Source: Kondoa subrosea
Lineage: Eukaryota
Length of the DNA: 64,000 nt
NCBI GenBank assembly: GCA_039545335.1
Contig: BCIN01000001.1
Coordinates: 1,472,604 to 1,536,603, forward strand
Direction: 5' to 3'
Positions 12,353 through 24,012 of this stretch are shown here, one piece after another (within the stretch, counting starts at the first letter, position 1; each line of letters starts with the position of its first letter). The notes under the pieces are model-generated. The model searched no databases. It saw nothing but the letters and a program-made list of their open reading frames with translations, and was not told where the DNA came from. The translations under genes and the position numbers were made by a program.

Positions 12353-12892
12353 TGAGGCGTATGACATTATAAAAGTGCGATTTATGCAATGCATAGCACG
12401 AGTTGGTACGGGCTGACGAAAGATTCGGAATAGCATGCTTGCTGAATAGCAGCTTCGCTCCCCCTTTCGAACTCTACTTTGCCCGCTTGTCTGCTCAAAC
12501 CTGACGACGAAGCAGTGTACCTGTCCGTGGACCGTGACATTATTCTGCTTTTTACTGCTCGCCGCTACTGTATCTCGGATGCAATGGCGAATAAATTTTT
12601 CGCCCCACGCCCTAACGCCATGCTCTTTATCTCAATACATTTGCAATCGAAGCCATCTTCTTTTCTTACTAATTCTTACTACGTCTATTGTTGGCCTGAT
12701 ATTGATGCAGCTCCCATTGTGTGGCCGAAGTCCAGGTCTTGTTCTACGCTCTCGTTATACTCTTGCTCTGCCTGCCTTTCCGCTTTGCGCCGATTTGCAG
12801 TGCTATCTAGTTGTGGGGCCTTGTCGTTGTACTAGTTTATACCCGCGTCCTTTCCCTCTCTAAGCTACCTTCATCCTGGTCTCTTTCAAGCA

Positions 12893-14428
12893 ATGCCCCG
12901 ATCCCCTCAAGCCATTTTACATGGATCAACGATTCTCATTTCGTATGTCCGATAATCCACTTCAAGACTGTCCTGACCTTCTTGAATGACAGCGGGGGTG
13001 CAGGTTTCGTCTCTTCGCACCTTATTGAGCGTCTTCTTGACCCTATATTCGGAACCAAAAAAATCTACACCATTGTCCGAAGCAAACCTGGACAAACATC
13101 GGCTTCTCGCCTCCCTCGTACTCTGCAACCGCTGATAGCTACGAGGCTTGAAGATGGTCGCTTTTCGGAAGGTCCTTTGGTAGTATTGAGCGGCGATTGC
13201 GGCGAAACCCACTTTGGCTTGGACGCACAAGATTGGGCTCTTTTGGACAAGATCGATATCGTCATACACCCTGCTGCGAATACGAACTTTGGCGAAAGTC
13301 TTTCGCACATGTTGAAAACAGTAGTTCCGTTTACATTTTGAGATCTCTTTGGGCCAATGCTGAATCTGGTCATCAATATAGGCCAGTCTAGCGTACAATA
13401 TGGCTTGCTTCACTTTGACCAAGCCGAATGTGAAGGTGCACATGCATGTCAGTACAACCTACACAGGCTGGAATCAAGAGAAAGGCTCTGTCTTATATGA
13501 AGAGCCTTTGAAGCCTTCAATCGTGCCGCACGTCAACAGCTGTAAGTTGCCTCATCAAAAGTGTTGTCTCGCGTCTCGTACAATCGTGATAGACTTTCAG
13601 ACGAAGGCCATCGCGGAATCTTTCATGGAAGTGTTGGCGCCCACAACCTGCGCAAAAGCTGTCTTTCGAATTGCACGCCTGAGTATAATCGGTCCTGCTA
13701 TGTATCATCCATTTCTCGGAAGTGGTGCGGGCCCAGCAGTATGTCTGATTACATTTTCAGCTGTGCAGAATCTGATCAGCCACGCATCAGAGTCCAATAG
13801 CTGCAATGATCTCAGCTGAAAAAATATCAGATGAATTGGTAGACCAAAAGGGAGTGTTTGACGGTTCGCTTGTGTCTGTTGGGGGATTATGCGGCAAATC
13901 TGAGCATTGGCATACAGTTCTGCCTGTCGATTTCTGCGTGGATCAACTGATCGCCATCACTGCTTCCTCTCTTCTGACCTCACAGAAACCGATTGCATCT
14001 CCGCGTCAAGTTCAGGTTTACAATCTAGCAGCGGGTGCAGACAGATCAGATCTCGTGCCAGTTGACATCATGAATGGTGTACAATACAAGATCTCCAAAC
14101 CGGTCATACCTAGTGCAGTAGCCTTTAGGGCATATGACAGTATCTTCAATCATGTGAGTGACACCTATGTCTGATATTCGATGCAGGACAACTGACTCTG
14201 CCGCGACAGAGTGTGCTATTCGACAACAAAAAGACGATGTACGTCTGTGGCATTACAAAGTCAGGGATGTCGGTAGACGAACCTGTCGACTGCACAAATT
14301 TGCAAGTGGACTTCCAGCAAGCGTTGAAACAGTTTGGCGGATGGGAAGCATATTATCTGGCTGTAAGAGATCACATACAAAAGCACCGAGACATGAGAGA
14401 ACGGAAGAGCAAGAAGTCGAAGTTATAG
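12893..14428 (+). CDS. Fatty acyl-CoA reductase-like extended SDR, copy 2, PTS1 SKL
   Basis: SGGAGFVSS, IYTIVRSKPG, HPAANTNF, HVSTTY, NSYFQTK, VLPVDFC; ends KSKKSKL*. 6 introns. Confidence 0.85.
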
Positions 14429-14680
14429 GCAGCCTATCGATTGTGCTGCGATTACGAATGGGTTGTTTTATGCAAAGTAATTCAATTTCATTGCGCTATT
14501 TGACATTATTGCCTTTTTGATACATATATACACACAAAAGAGCAGCCGACAACTCTTGAAGAAACCATGCCATAAAACCCTTTGAGAACGATAAATTGAC
14601 GGAGTGATGAAAAGCTGCAAGCAGACTATTAGCTTCCTCCGTCAGTGTATACTAGAGATATGACTTACTTGTGAAGATCT

Positions 14681-15189
14681 TCACGAACGCTGCATAGTTT
14701 CGCTGGACAGTGCCAACGAAGACCATGGGCTTGCTTGCCAAGTACTTGCAAACAGCACAGCTCGTTCCAATCTCTCATCCAACTCCTCTTGTCCTTCATC
14801 TCTCTCTATTCTTTCAGACCTTGTCAAGACTAAGGACTCTTCTGGCACAGAGAAGTTGACGAAAGAACCCAATTGATGAGAAGAAGGGAAAAGAGCTGCC
14901 AATCTTTGTTCTCGCTGCACCTGTTCCGCAGACGTTTGCGATGATGAACCTTGAGGACAGACCGAGAGATGAGCGAAGTGATGATAGATGTCTTGGAAGA
15001 GGTGTTTCGCTGATTTAGCTGAACGGGAAGATTTGCTCGACTTAGTTGAAGAGGAAGAGCTATCAGAGCCATAACCGGAGCTGCACAGTATGGATCAGCG
15101 AATGAGTCATAGAAGCAATGGCACGACACTTACTCTGATACTGAAGGGAAGCGCTGTAGACTTTTGGTTGAGTTGCGTTTGAAAAGCAT
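14681..15189 (-). CDS. Hypothetical Ser-rich protein (~151 aa, 2 exons)
   Basis: MLFKRNSTKSLQRFPSVS|DSGYGS...; intron 15081-15133 (GTAAGT..CTGAT..CAG); TATA-like TATATAAA near 15255-15262 on the minus strand. Confidence 0.6.
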
Positions 15190-16207
15190 GATTAAAGCAA
15201 ACACTCTTGAGAGCGGATGTGGATGAGAAAGAGGAAGAGAGATTGCGTTAACGCTTTATATATGCATGTCGCCCGTACTACGCTGCTGACTCGCCCGTTT
15301 CGGCTGAATAAGCAAGATCGTCAGCACATCGGCCTAGCGAAGCGCGCATTCGGCCTATGCGCATACAGCACGCAGATGAAAGATAGAGTAGGCCGAGAGG
15401 TATAGAGCACAGTCGAGAGAGTTGCGGCAACATGCGAGACCAAGCCTGTCTTCCATAATTGCAACCTTTGTAGATTAAAGGCATAATCAATCTGCACAGC
15501 GTGTATAATGCAGCTTCAATAGAGGTGTACTTTGCTAAAGATCACTATTCGGTCGTGCTGAACGAAAAGTCATTCTGAAGCAGCCTCCAGACTCGCTTTG
15601 GTTTCTTCCGGCTGCCAGCCTGCACGATGGACAAAAGTGAATACAGGCTCCTCAATATTCAATCTTTCTGTTGCCAACGCCCGAACATTGGGTTTCCAAA
15701 GATGCTTGAAGGGTTTTCACGACCTGCTTTTCAAGGCTAATGCTCGATTTCTCTCTATATCCTTCTCTATCTATGTGTAGTTTATCGTAGAGTACTGGTA
15801 ATCGTCGAACATCGCAAGGGGCTTCTTTTTCAAAGCAACATGCACTTTGCGTGCCAATGTACATGTCCGCAACCGCTCTTTCCTTTCTCTTCTGTGCAAA
15901 GCTACAGATAACAAATTCTCCAACGAATCTAGAGCCTTTTAAGCATCCACGAGCGTGGTGTCTTGCAGTATCGCTCGAACGCTTTCTCGTGCAGAATACT
16001 AGCGAATGACCATCTCGTATGGCTAACTATGCTCGGCTTATCAGCAGACTTCATGTATTATACCTGGGAGGCTCTCTTCTGATCTTTTGAATGCACTTCA
16101 ATCAATCATATATCTCCGCACTTCGACCTCTGAACTGATTTAAAGTAGATACCTCATGCTTTCATTTTCGCTTCGCCTCTCTTTTCTTCACATTCGCAAA
16201 AGCTATA

Positions 16208-17748
16208 ATGTCCTTATCTCATTCTTCCCAAGCTATCCTTCAGGGTTCAGTTATCCTCATCTCGTATGTTTGGCTTTCGTCCGGCCTGCTGTTGCTCAGT
16301 AGATATAGTGGTGGAGCCGGATTCGTCTCATCACACTTGATACAGCGTCTTCTCGACCCGATCTTCGGCATCACAAGAATTTTCACTATCGTTAGAAGCA
16401 AGCCTGGCGTCACATCAGCTTCTCGTCTTCCTCGTGCTCTTCATCCTTTTGTAGCTACAGAACTGAGTGATGCGGCCTTATCGGAAGGGCGTCTGGTCGT
16501 ATTGGATGGCGACTGTAGCAAGGACCGCTTTGGGTTGGCTGGGAAAGACTGGGATCTGCTGGATCAAGTCGACATCGTTGTCCATCCTGCAGCCAATACG
16601 AGCTTCCCCGAAAAACTTCTCCATATGCTGAAAACAGTAGTGAGTATTCCCCCTTCACTCTCCAAGTGAATTTTGCCGATCCTCATAATGTAGGCCGATC
16701 TAGCCTACAATATGGCTTGTTTCACTTTGACTAAGCCGAACGTCAAGCTACATCTGCATATTTCTTCCACCTACGCTGGTTGGAGTCAGCCCAGGGATGC
16801 CATAGTTCGGGAAGAGCCCTTCGAAGCCACGATTACACCTCATGACATGCCTGTAAGATTTTTACCTGCTCGTACTGTAGGCTCACTGAATGTCTCTTGG
16901 CAGACTTCGAAGTCAAAGCAATGGTGTTATCCTTTCTTGCAGGAGTCAGCATCATGCCTAGTGCCCAAGCTGTTTTCAGAATAGCAAGACTCAGCATCGT
17001 CGGACCTGCTATGCACCATCCATTTACTGCCAGTGGAGCGGTAGGAGCTTCTGTAAGCCTTTGATAACAAAATGTGCCTCTTCCTTCAACTAATCCATCA
17101 GCCGAACAGAGTCCCATCGCAGCTATGATTTCAGCCCATCCTATCCCGGATCACCTCATGAACACAGCAGGCGTATCTGATGGTACGTACAGCCATTCAT
17201 CTCATGCTAAGTATTCTCAATCTTGTCTCCTTTTCTTTGGACAGTCATTCCTATAGATTTCTGCGTGGACCAACTCATTGCAATCACGGCATCGTCTCTT
17301 CTCACCGCTCGCAAGCCAATCACTGCACCTCGTCCAATTCAAATCTATACTGTAGCTGCCGGTGCAGATAGGCAAGATCTTCTTCCATTGCGAATTGTTA
17401 ACAGCCCAAAGTTCAAGCTTGCCAAACCTTACATACCGTACAAGGTGGTCTTGTCGGTATACGAAAACATCTTCAATCATGTGAGACGCCCACCTGTCAC
17501 GAGAGTCCCGCCGCTGAAACTCTCGAGCAGAGCGTTTTGTTTGACAATAGCAAAACCAAATATATTTGCGGAATTGACCTTTCTGAATGCTCAGTAGATG
17601 AGAGTATTGATTGTTCTGATCTATATGTGGATTTCAAGAAAGCTTTGGCAGATTTGGGAGGATGGGAAGCGTATTATAACGCAATTAGAGATCACATGCA
17701 AAAGCAAGTAGATGTAAAAGGCAAGAAGGAAAGAAGTCAAAGCTCTGA
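16208..17748 (+). pseudogene. Fatty acyl-CoA reductase-like copy 3, with two apparent 1-nt deletions
   Basis: Same 6-intron layout as copy 2. It is 1 nt short just before the catalytic Tyr (~16847) and 1 nt short before KKSKL* (~17714-17730); KKSKL-TGA lies in the -1 frame, ending at 17748. Confidence 0.6.
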
Positions 17749-17818
17749 AGTGCAGGGATTCGAGCATAATACACAATTGGTAGAATCCAATGCAAGAAGG
17801 AAATTAGATGCGTGGGAT

Positions 17819-19315
17819 CTAGACTTTTTGATAATCTGTCGGCAAAAATGAGTTAATGACTCTTCAGAAAGAGAAGAAGAGCCCTGACCGGAACTTGACT
17901 CGTGCTTTTTGGCTTCTTGAAGCTTCCTCGCTGCCTTGTTCAAGTCATCTTGCACAATGTAATCTCTCTCATCTCGAATCGCGAACATTCCCGCTTCAGT
18001 AGCCACATTTCTCAAATCCGCACCATTGAAACCTTCAGACAATTTGACAATAGCTTCATAATCTATTTCTCCAGATTTCTTGACTGGCCCGCAGTGAATC
18101 TTGAGAATTTCTAAACGAGCAACTTCGTTAGGTAGAGGGATTTCAATCTTTCGATCTAATCTTCCTGGTCGAAGAAGAGCTGGATCGAGTGTGTCTGGTC
18201 TGTTTGTAGCCATAATAACTTTAGTTTTACCAAGGATATCGAAACCATCCATTTGATTGAGTAGCTGTATATTCCATCGCTCAGAATGACTATGCAAGAC
18301 AATCAGAGCAATGAACACATACCTCCATTAACGTCCGCTGAATTTCTCGATCTGCACTCGTCCCTTCACTAAATCTTCTTCCACCAATAGCATCGATTTC
18401 GTCCATGAAGATAATGCAAGGTTCATGTTCTTTTGCATAACCAAACATTTCCCTGATTAATCTCGCCGATTCACCAATATACTTGTCAACAATAGCAGAA
18501 GAAACGACTTTGAGGAAATTGACACCCATTGTAGTTGCAACAGCTTTAGCTAACAAAGTCTTGCCTGTTCCAGGTGGACCGTAAAGTAAGACACCTTTTG
18601 GAGGTTTGATACCAACGCGTAGAAAGAGTTCTGGGTTTTGTAATGGTAGTTCAATAACTTCTCTCAATTCCCTCACTTGTTCTCCTAAACCACCAATACC
18701 TGCAAATGTAACATTGCCTGGATCTTCCATTGACATATTGTAAACCATTGGATCCACTTCTCGAGGTAAGATTCGCATGATAGTTAGAGTAGTCATATCC
18801 AATGCTACCCGAACGTTTGGCTTAAGTTTGCTGACTTGTACTGAGTTACGACATCCAACTACATATCGAGGACCAGCAGAGGACTTGACAATGACTGTCA
18901 ATAGAAACTTAGAGTTGTATCATCGTGTGTAACCAAAGATTGAATACTAACATCGTTCGTCTGGTAGCTGTCTCAATACTTCGCCTATTATCTGTCCCAC
19001 GGATTGTAAAGCTTTGATGTCGTCCTCTGACTTCTCAAAATCGTTCTCCAGTGAGATGATGGACTTGCGCACTGTTTCGAAACATTCAGCTCAAGATCAT
19101 CCTATCCCAAGCAGCACTGACGCTTCTTGAGATTCTCTGCCATGTCCTCATGCTCCTTGATTTTCTGTGATTCCTAGTCAGCCTCACTGCGAACAAGATC
19201 ATCGAACGAATGCCCTAACCTTCTGATATGCTTGAATAGCTAGATCTTTAGGTGTAGGGGCTGCTGGCGGCTGCTCGGGTTGCGCTGTAGAGCTTGAGGC
19301 TACTGGTTCAGACAT
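17819..19315 (-). CDS. RPT4: 26S proteasome AAA-ATPase subunit Rpt4 (PSMC6)
   Basis: [58 protein letters not shown]-terminus DYQKV*. Confidence 0.96.
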
Positions 19316-20397
19316 GTTTGCACGCAAAGGGTCGTTGATGCGTCGCAAGCGCGAAATATGATATTATATGTCATTCGCTTTCAAATGCTACGACAGCTGG
19401 ATTACAGAGTACATGTGCAGCTTCGAATGAGTCTACGCCGCAATCAGCGATTCTGAACGAAAGCTCGTGTTTCGGCTTTCGCTGTGGAATCTGTCCAAAG
19501 AAGCATTTCTCTCTCGAACCGTTCCAGCTATACAAGCCTCTATCCTGTTCGATTCCCTGGCCAATACAGTGCAAGCGTGTACCATTGCAGTCTTGCTGCC
19601 CTAAATATTGGTTGGCTTTGATGAAAGAGAAAACACCTTTTCGGAAATTGTGCTTCGATTCATGCACACAGCCGCGAGATTTCCTGGCAGTCACATATTC
19701 TATGCTTGTTGCGGCAGCGATATAGGAACGCGCTTCTCTGTCCAACTGCTGCCAGCATTATGCTTATCTCAACAAGTTCTCACACGACTCGAGTCGGAGA
19801 TTAGGAATGCACAGTCCAGTATGCTTCTTCGTTTTCATTCGGCTATTCATTTCCTTCTCGCAACGTTCGGCCATTCCCTTTTACAGTTGCGAAGATTAAG
19901 ATGAGGCCCTCTTGTCATTCATTTTTATCTTGTCTTGACTTTCAATGTGATACCTTCTCTTGGACGGTTGCCTTACGCAATTCCTTTGCTGGCAACGGAC
20001 TCTTTGCTTGCGAACTTCGCACTGCTGTGTTCTTGCATTTATCTCCGTGGCTAATAGCACTGCTGCCTTTAGTGGTTCCTTATTAGTGATCCGCATTGCT
20101 GTGCATCCGTTGCTATAGTAAGCTCAAGTCTAATGAACTATGCCTCGGTCATTCATTACTGTTAAAGCAGCAAATCGTCCAACTCGCACGAAACGACAAC
20201 TAATTTTTGGACATCGCTCTGTCTTTCCCCCCTTCAGCGGCAGCGCACAGCTTCAGATCAATCAGAACACCGCATATCGCAACTACCCAGCCAGCCCAAA
20301 GCACTTTCTGCTCAAAGAGCTTTTCTTCTGATCTATCACTTCATTAGCTTGCGCAATTCAATTAGGCAATTGTGTGTGATCTACTCCCAACATACCA

Positions 20398-22289
20398 ATG
20401 ACCTCAGTCATGAGTCCTTTGACTCCCTTCTCTCAAGAAGCCTCTTCCTCCACTCAAGCTACTTTCCCTTCCTACAACAGCCCCGCAACTTCAAGCTTCG
20501 AGTATGCTTTCAACACACCTAAACAAATCATCCAGCAGAGCTCTTCTAGTCCTGACCATTCCTCCCCAACTGCACAAGTTCAGACCGAAGGCTCTGACAT
20601 GGCACCGCCTCAGATAGCTATGACCAATAGCACCCCAGTCGTGTTTCCAGAGGTGGATGCTTTACTCTGCGCTTTGTATGTTCTTCTTGTTATTAGATTT
20701 GGGATCAAATCCTCATAGCTGTGTCAGCGTCGATGGTTTTTTGGTAGCAAGTCACAAAGATGATGGCACGGCTTCTTGGACTCCCGTATCTTGGCCATCT
20801 TTCTTACAATTTGTCTGTAACGAAGCTAATGTTGGACATCTACCACCTAAACACCCAATGCGACTCTTTGCCAAAATTGTAAGAGGTCAGCTTCCTGCCT
20901 TTCTCTGGATAGGAAACAGTCTTCTGAGTAGACTTATGTCCAGACAATTCACTTCAATCTCGTTTATCGCCAGTACAGCAGCAACAGCAACAGCCAATGG
21001 GTCTCTTACCACATCAAATGATAGCTCAGAATGGAATGCAAAACTATTCTTATTCACCTCAATCAACTTTGCATCGCTCTGTATCAGCACAGCATGCTGT
21101 TCCTCGTTCACCGAGATACAACCCAATTGCAGGAAGACCTCAATCCGCTCGAGCTGTGCTTAATTCAGGTCAATTCCAATCTCAGCAACTCGATTCCCCT
21201 TCTTACCCATACTCTCATCAAGCTCGTTATGGTCAATCTTCACAAGGTGCAACAAAGAGGAAGACTGTCGAATTGAATTCGCAAGACGATGCTTATATCT
21301 GGAGCGCGCAAGATAAGAGGTTGTATCTTTTCGGAAGCAAAGAAAGTGAAAACGCAATGGGAAGACCAGAGAACACTGTTATTGTCTTTCCTGCTTTTAC
21401 TACTAGAGAAACAAAGGAGAAAGATGGAAGCAGAGCTTTACCTTGCTGGACCTCTTCTTGGCCTAATTCGAACGAGTTTCTCAAGAATCAAGCTTGTGGA
21501 AGAGGTTGCTCACACAATAATGGGTTTGGGCAGAAGGTAACTTATGCTTTTGCTTTCATGAAGCTCAGTGCTAATGCCATTGCTTTAGCGACCTGTACTT
21601 ATTAGAGAACATCTTCGGAGATGCCCTCATCTGCCTTCGAACCATCCTCTGAAGGTCAATAGTGTCAGAGTAATTCAGGGTTTTGCTAAATGCGAAGCAG
21701 GTTCTCTCTACGCTCGAATTGGAAGCGCTCTCGAAATCTCAATGGGCTGAAAGGCAACTCAAACGCAAAAGAATGGATTTGACTGTTAGTCATACTGCTC
21801 TACGAAGTTTGAACATTTTAACGCGACTGCATGTAGGTTTCGACTGCATCTAGCAAACAAGGTTCTCCTACAATGACGCCCACACCTAGTATCAGCACTC
21901 AGCAATGGAGTATGGATCTTACTTCTCTGCCTCCTCCTATTGCCTACTCTCCCATGGATCAATCGCAGCCTTTTGCCCCGTTCCCTCAGCAAGGTGATAT
22001 TAAGATCGAAGAACAGCCTGCTATCTTGTCTGCGACTGCACCTACCCTGACTCAAATTGATACTTCTTATTCGAACAACAGCGCTTTTGCAACACCTTCT
22101 CCGAGCATGACCAGCAATAGCGATTTACCTCCTCAATCCGCGGACTCTAGTTCTGTTTCTCCTCAAGTTAATGCTCAGGCTGGACCTACAGTATCGGGCT
22201 ACAACGTGCTCAGCAACGAAGAGTTTGAAGATATACTGTCCATGTTTGGCCAGAACAGTGACGATAACATGGGTCGGAGCGATATGTGA
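20398..22289 (+). CDS. Hypothetical protein, possible transcription factor (Q/S/P-rich, CxxxC...HxxxC motif, acidic C-terminus)
   Basis: Spliced QACGRGCSHNNGFGQK|RPVLIREHLRRCPH, basic LKRKR, C-terminal NEEFEDILSMF; about 5 introns. Confidence 0.6.
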
Positions 22290-22432
22290 ATGAAGATACC
22301 AGCTCTAAACGCGTGTACTTGTTTCCTCTTATCTGTGAGATTGGCTTCTTGTAAATCGGTTCCGAAATTGTCAAAGGGGACTGTTGAATTTGGGCAATGG
22401 ATGAGAATGTCTGAATGAAATAGTCCTATGTA

Positions 22433-23066
22433 TTACTCTCGACTTCTATACGATGGCGGTCTATCTGAACCTTTCCTCTTGAGACTACCCTTCTCCGATG
22501 AATAGTAAGAGGCAGAAGATCGAGAATTGCCTTTGAAACCTGCAAGCGACAATCATGTTCATTTCGCATCTTTGCCATGCCCAGTACTAGCCTACCTTGC
22601 TCGTCATCCGTTAGTCCTAGTCTTCGAGCTTTCCTAGCTTTGGCTGCTTGACTTCTGTTGTTTGCAAGGTAAAGTCGCCAACAGCATAACAGGACGAAGA
22701 TTGAGATCCAAACGATCCAGCTACTTTATTGCTCAGATTATCGAGTATAAGAGAGACTAGAATGTACTATGCCATCCAGCCATGTTTCCATGTCCCTCCG
22801 AATCGAGCTTCGATTTGTTCTTTGGTCGGTAGATCTTGCGAGATAGATTTGATTGGTTTCGATGATCCCGAAGTTGAAGCAGCAGCAGCCAGAGTCTTAG
22901 ATCTCCGATCGGTTACGGCTCGATCTGAAGCATTGCTAGGCTGAGGCCCCGGCGAAGCGGATTTGGAAGGCGCGACTGTGATTGTTATTTCGTCGTCGAT
23001 AGCTGACAAAGATGAAGTAGAGGACAAAGCGTCATCAGAAGGAGAAGATGAGAGAGCGCTGGCCAT
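22433..23066 (-). CDS. Single-pass membrane protein with C-terminal PPSY motif (~176 aa)
   Basis: 3 exons: Ser-rich N-terminus, TM segment AYWIVWISIFVLLCCW, tail ...DRPPSYRSRE*; introns 22721-22767 and 22540-22595. Confidence 0.55.
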
Positions 23067-23301
23067 ATAGTAATAGTATATAGCTGACAGTAGTGAGGAA
23101 GTTGAAGAAAGCAGAACAAAGGGGAAGATTTCATGACAGCTAGAGGAGAGACTGTCTTCAGCAGAGCCAAGAAGCAGATGCAACGATTGAGAACGGGAGA
23201 AAGGAAGGGAAACGAACACAGCACAAAAGGAGAAGAATAAAAAGATAAATTATGAGTCACTTGAAATAGGTCTTGCCAATCTTATACCGCACGCAGGAGT
23301 A

Positions 23302-23703
23302 TCAGTGCCTAGCTAATAAGCCGCTCTCTTCCTCTTCTTCATCCATTGAAGCTTTTCTCCTCAAAAAAGCGGGTTTCATCTTCTTGATCTGCCCAGTCTT
23401 TTCCCATGGTTTCTTCTTCCTGCTCTTCTTCCTGCTTCCTCTACTACTATTCTCTTCTCTTTCCATGTTATTACTGCCTTTCCGCTTATCATCATCGTTG
23501 TCCCTGAAAAACAAGTAGTGCTCTTTGCCAATACGGTCTGGGATAGTTCTACTTCTGCTTCTATATCTAGCAGCGAGATAGACAAGAGCGATCAGTAGCA
23601 AGAGACCTCCAGCTACTCCTCTGGAATGAAGACGTCAGCTAGTAACGAAAGGGAAAGGGAAAAGAACAGACCCAAAGATTGCGTATTGAGTTGTTGAGGG
23701 CAT
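23302..23703 (-). CDS. Small N-terminally anchored membrane protein with charged tail
   Basis: MPSTTQYAIFG|GVAGGLLLLIALVYLAARYRSR...; one intron with a CTGAC branch point. Confidence 0.55.
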
Positions 23704-24012
23704 GGATCACATCACCTGATCGCCTGAACGAAGAGGAACAGCTATGGAAGAACAAGAGAGAGAAAGAGAGCAGAAGGTAAGATCAAAGCCAATGACAATG
23801 CATAGCCATCGAGGCAAGGCGCAACATAGTCATCAATATAGAAGGAGTAAATGCAGCAAAATCCAACAGCAGCCAGTGAATATCATGACGGCCAAGAACA
23901 ATGAATAGGCGGAGCAAGACATTTTGGTCTTTTCTGATTTTGGATAATGCAAATGCGAAGATTCCATCCCTCTCTTCCTTGAGCAAGACATTACTCCGAA
24001 TAGTGCAAGCGA

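Noticed and set aside
17737..17851. ORF-track extension of RPT4 to 17737 and of FAR copy 3 to 17851
   Set aside because: The RPT4 extension is read-through of a terminal intron (true end DYQKV*, 17819); the FAR extension results from the frameshift.
19371..20331. Short ORFs between RPT4 and the TF-like gene, and similar ORFs at 15217-15864, 34456-35040 and 47794-48562
   Set aside because: No recognisable motifs or splice support; treated as promoter or UTR noise.
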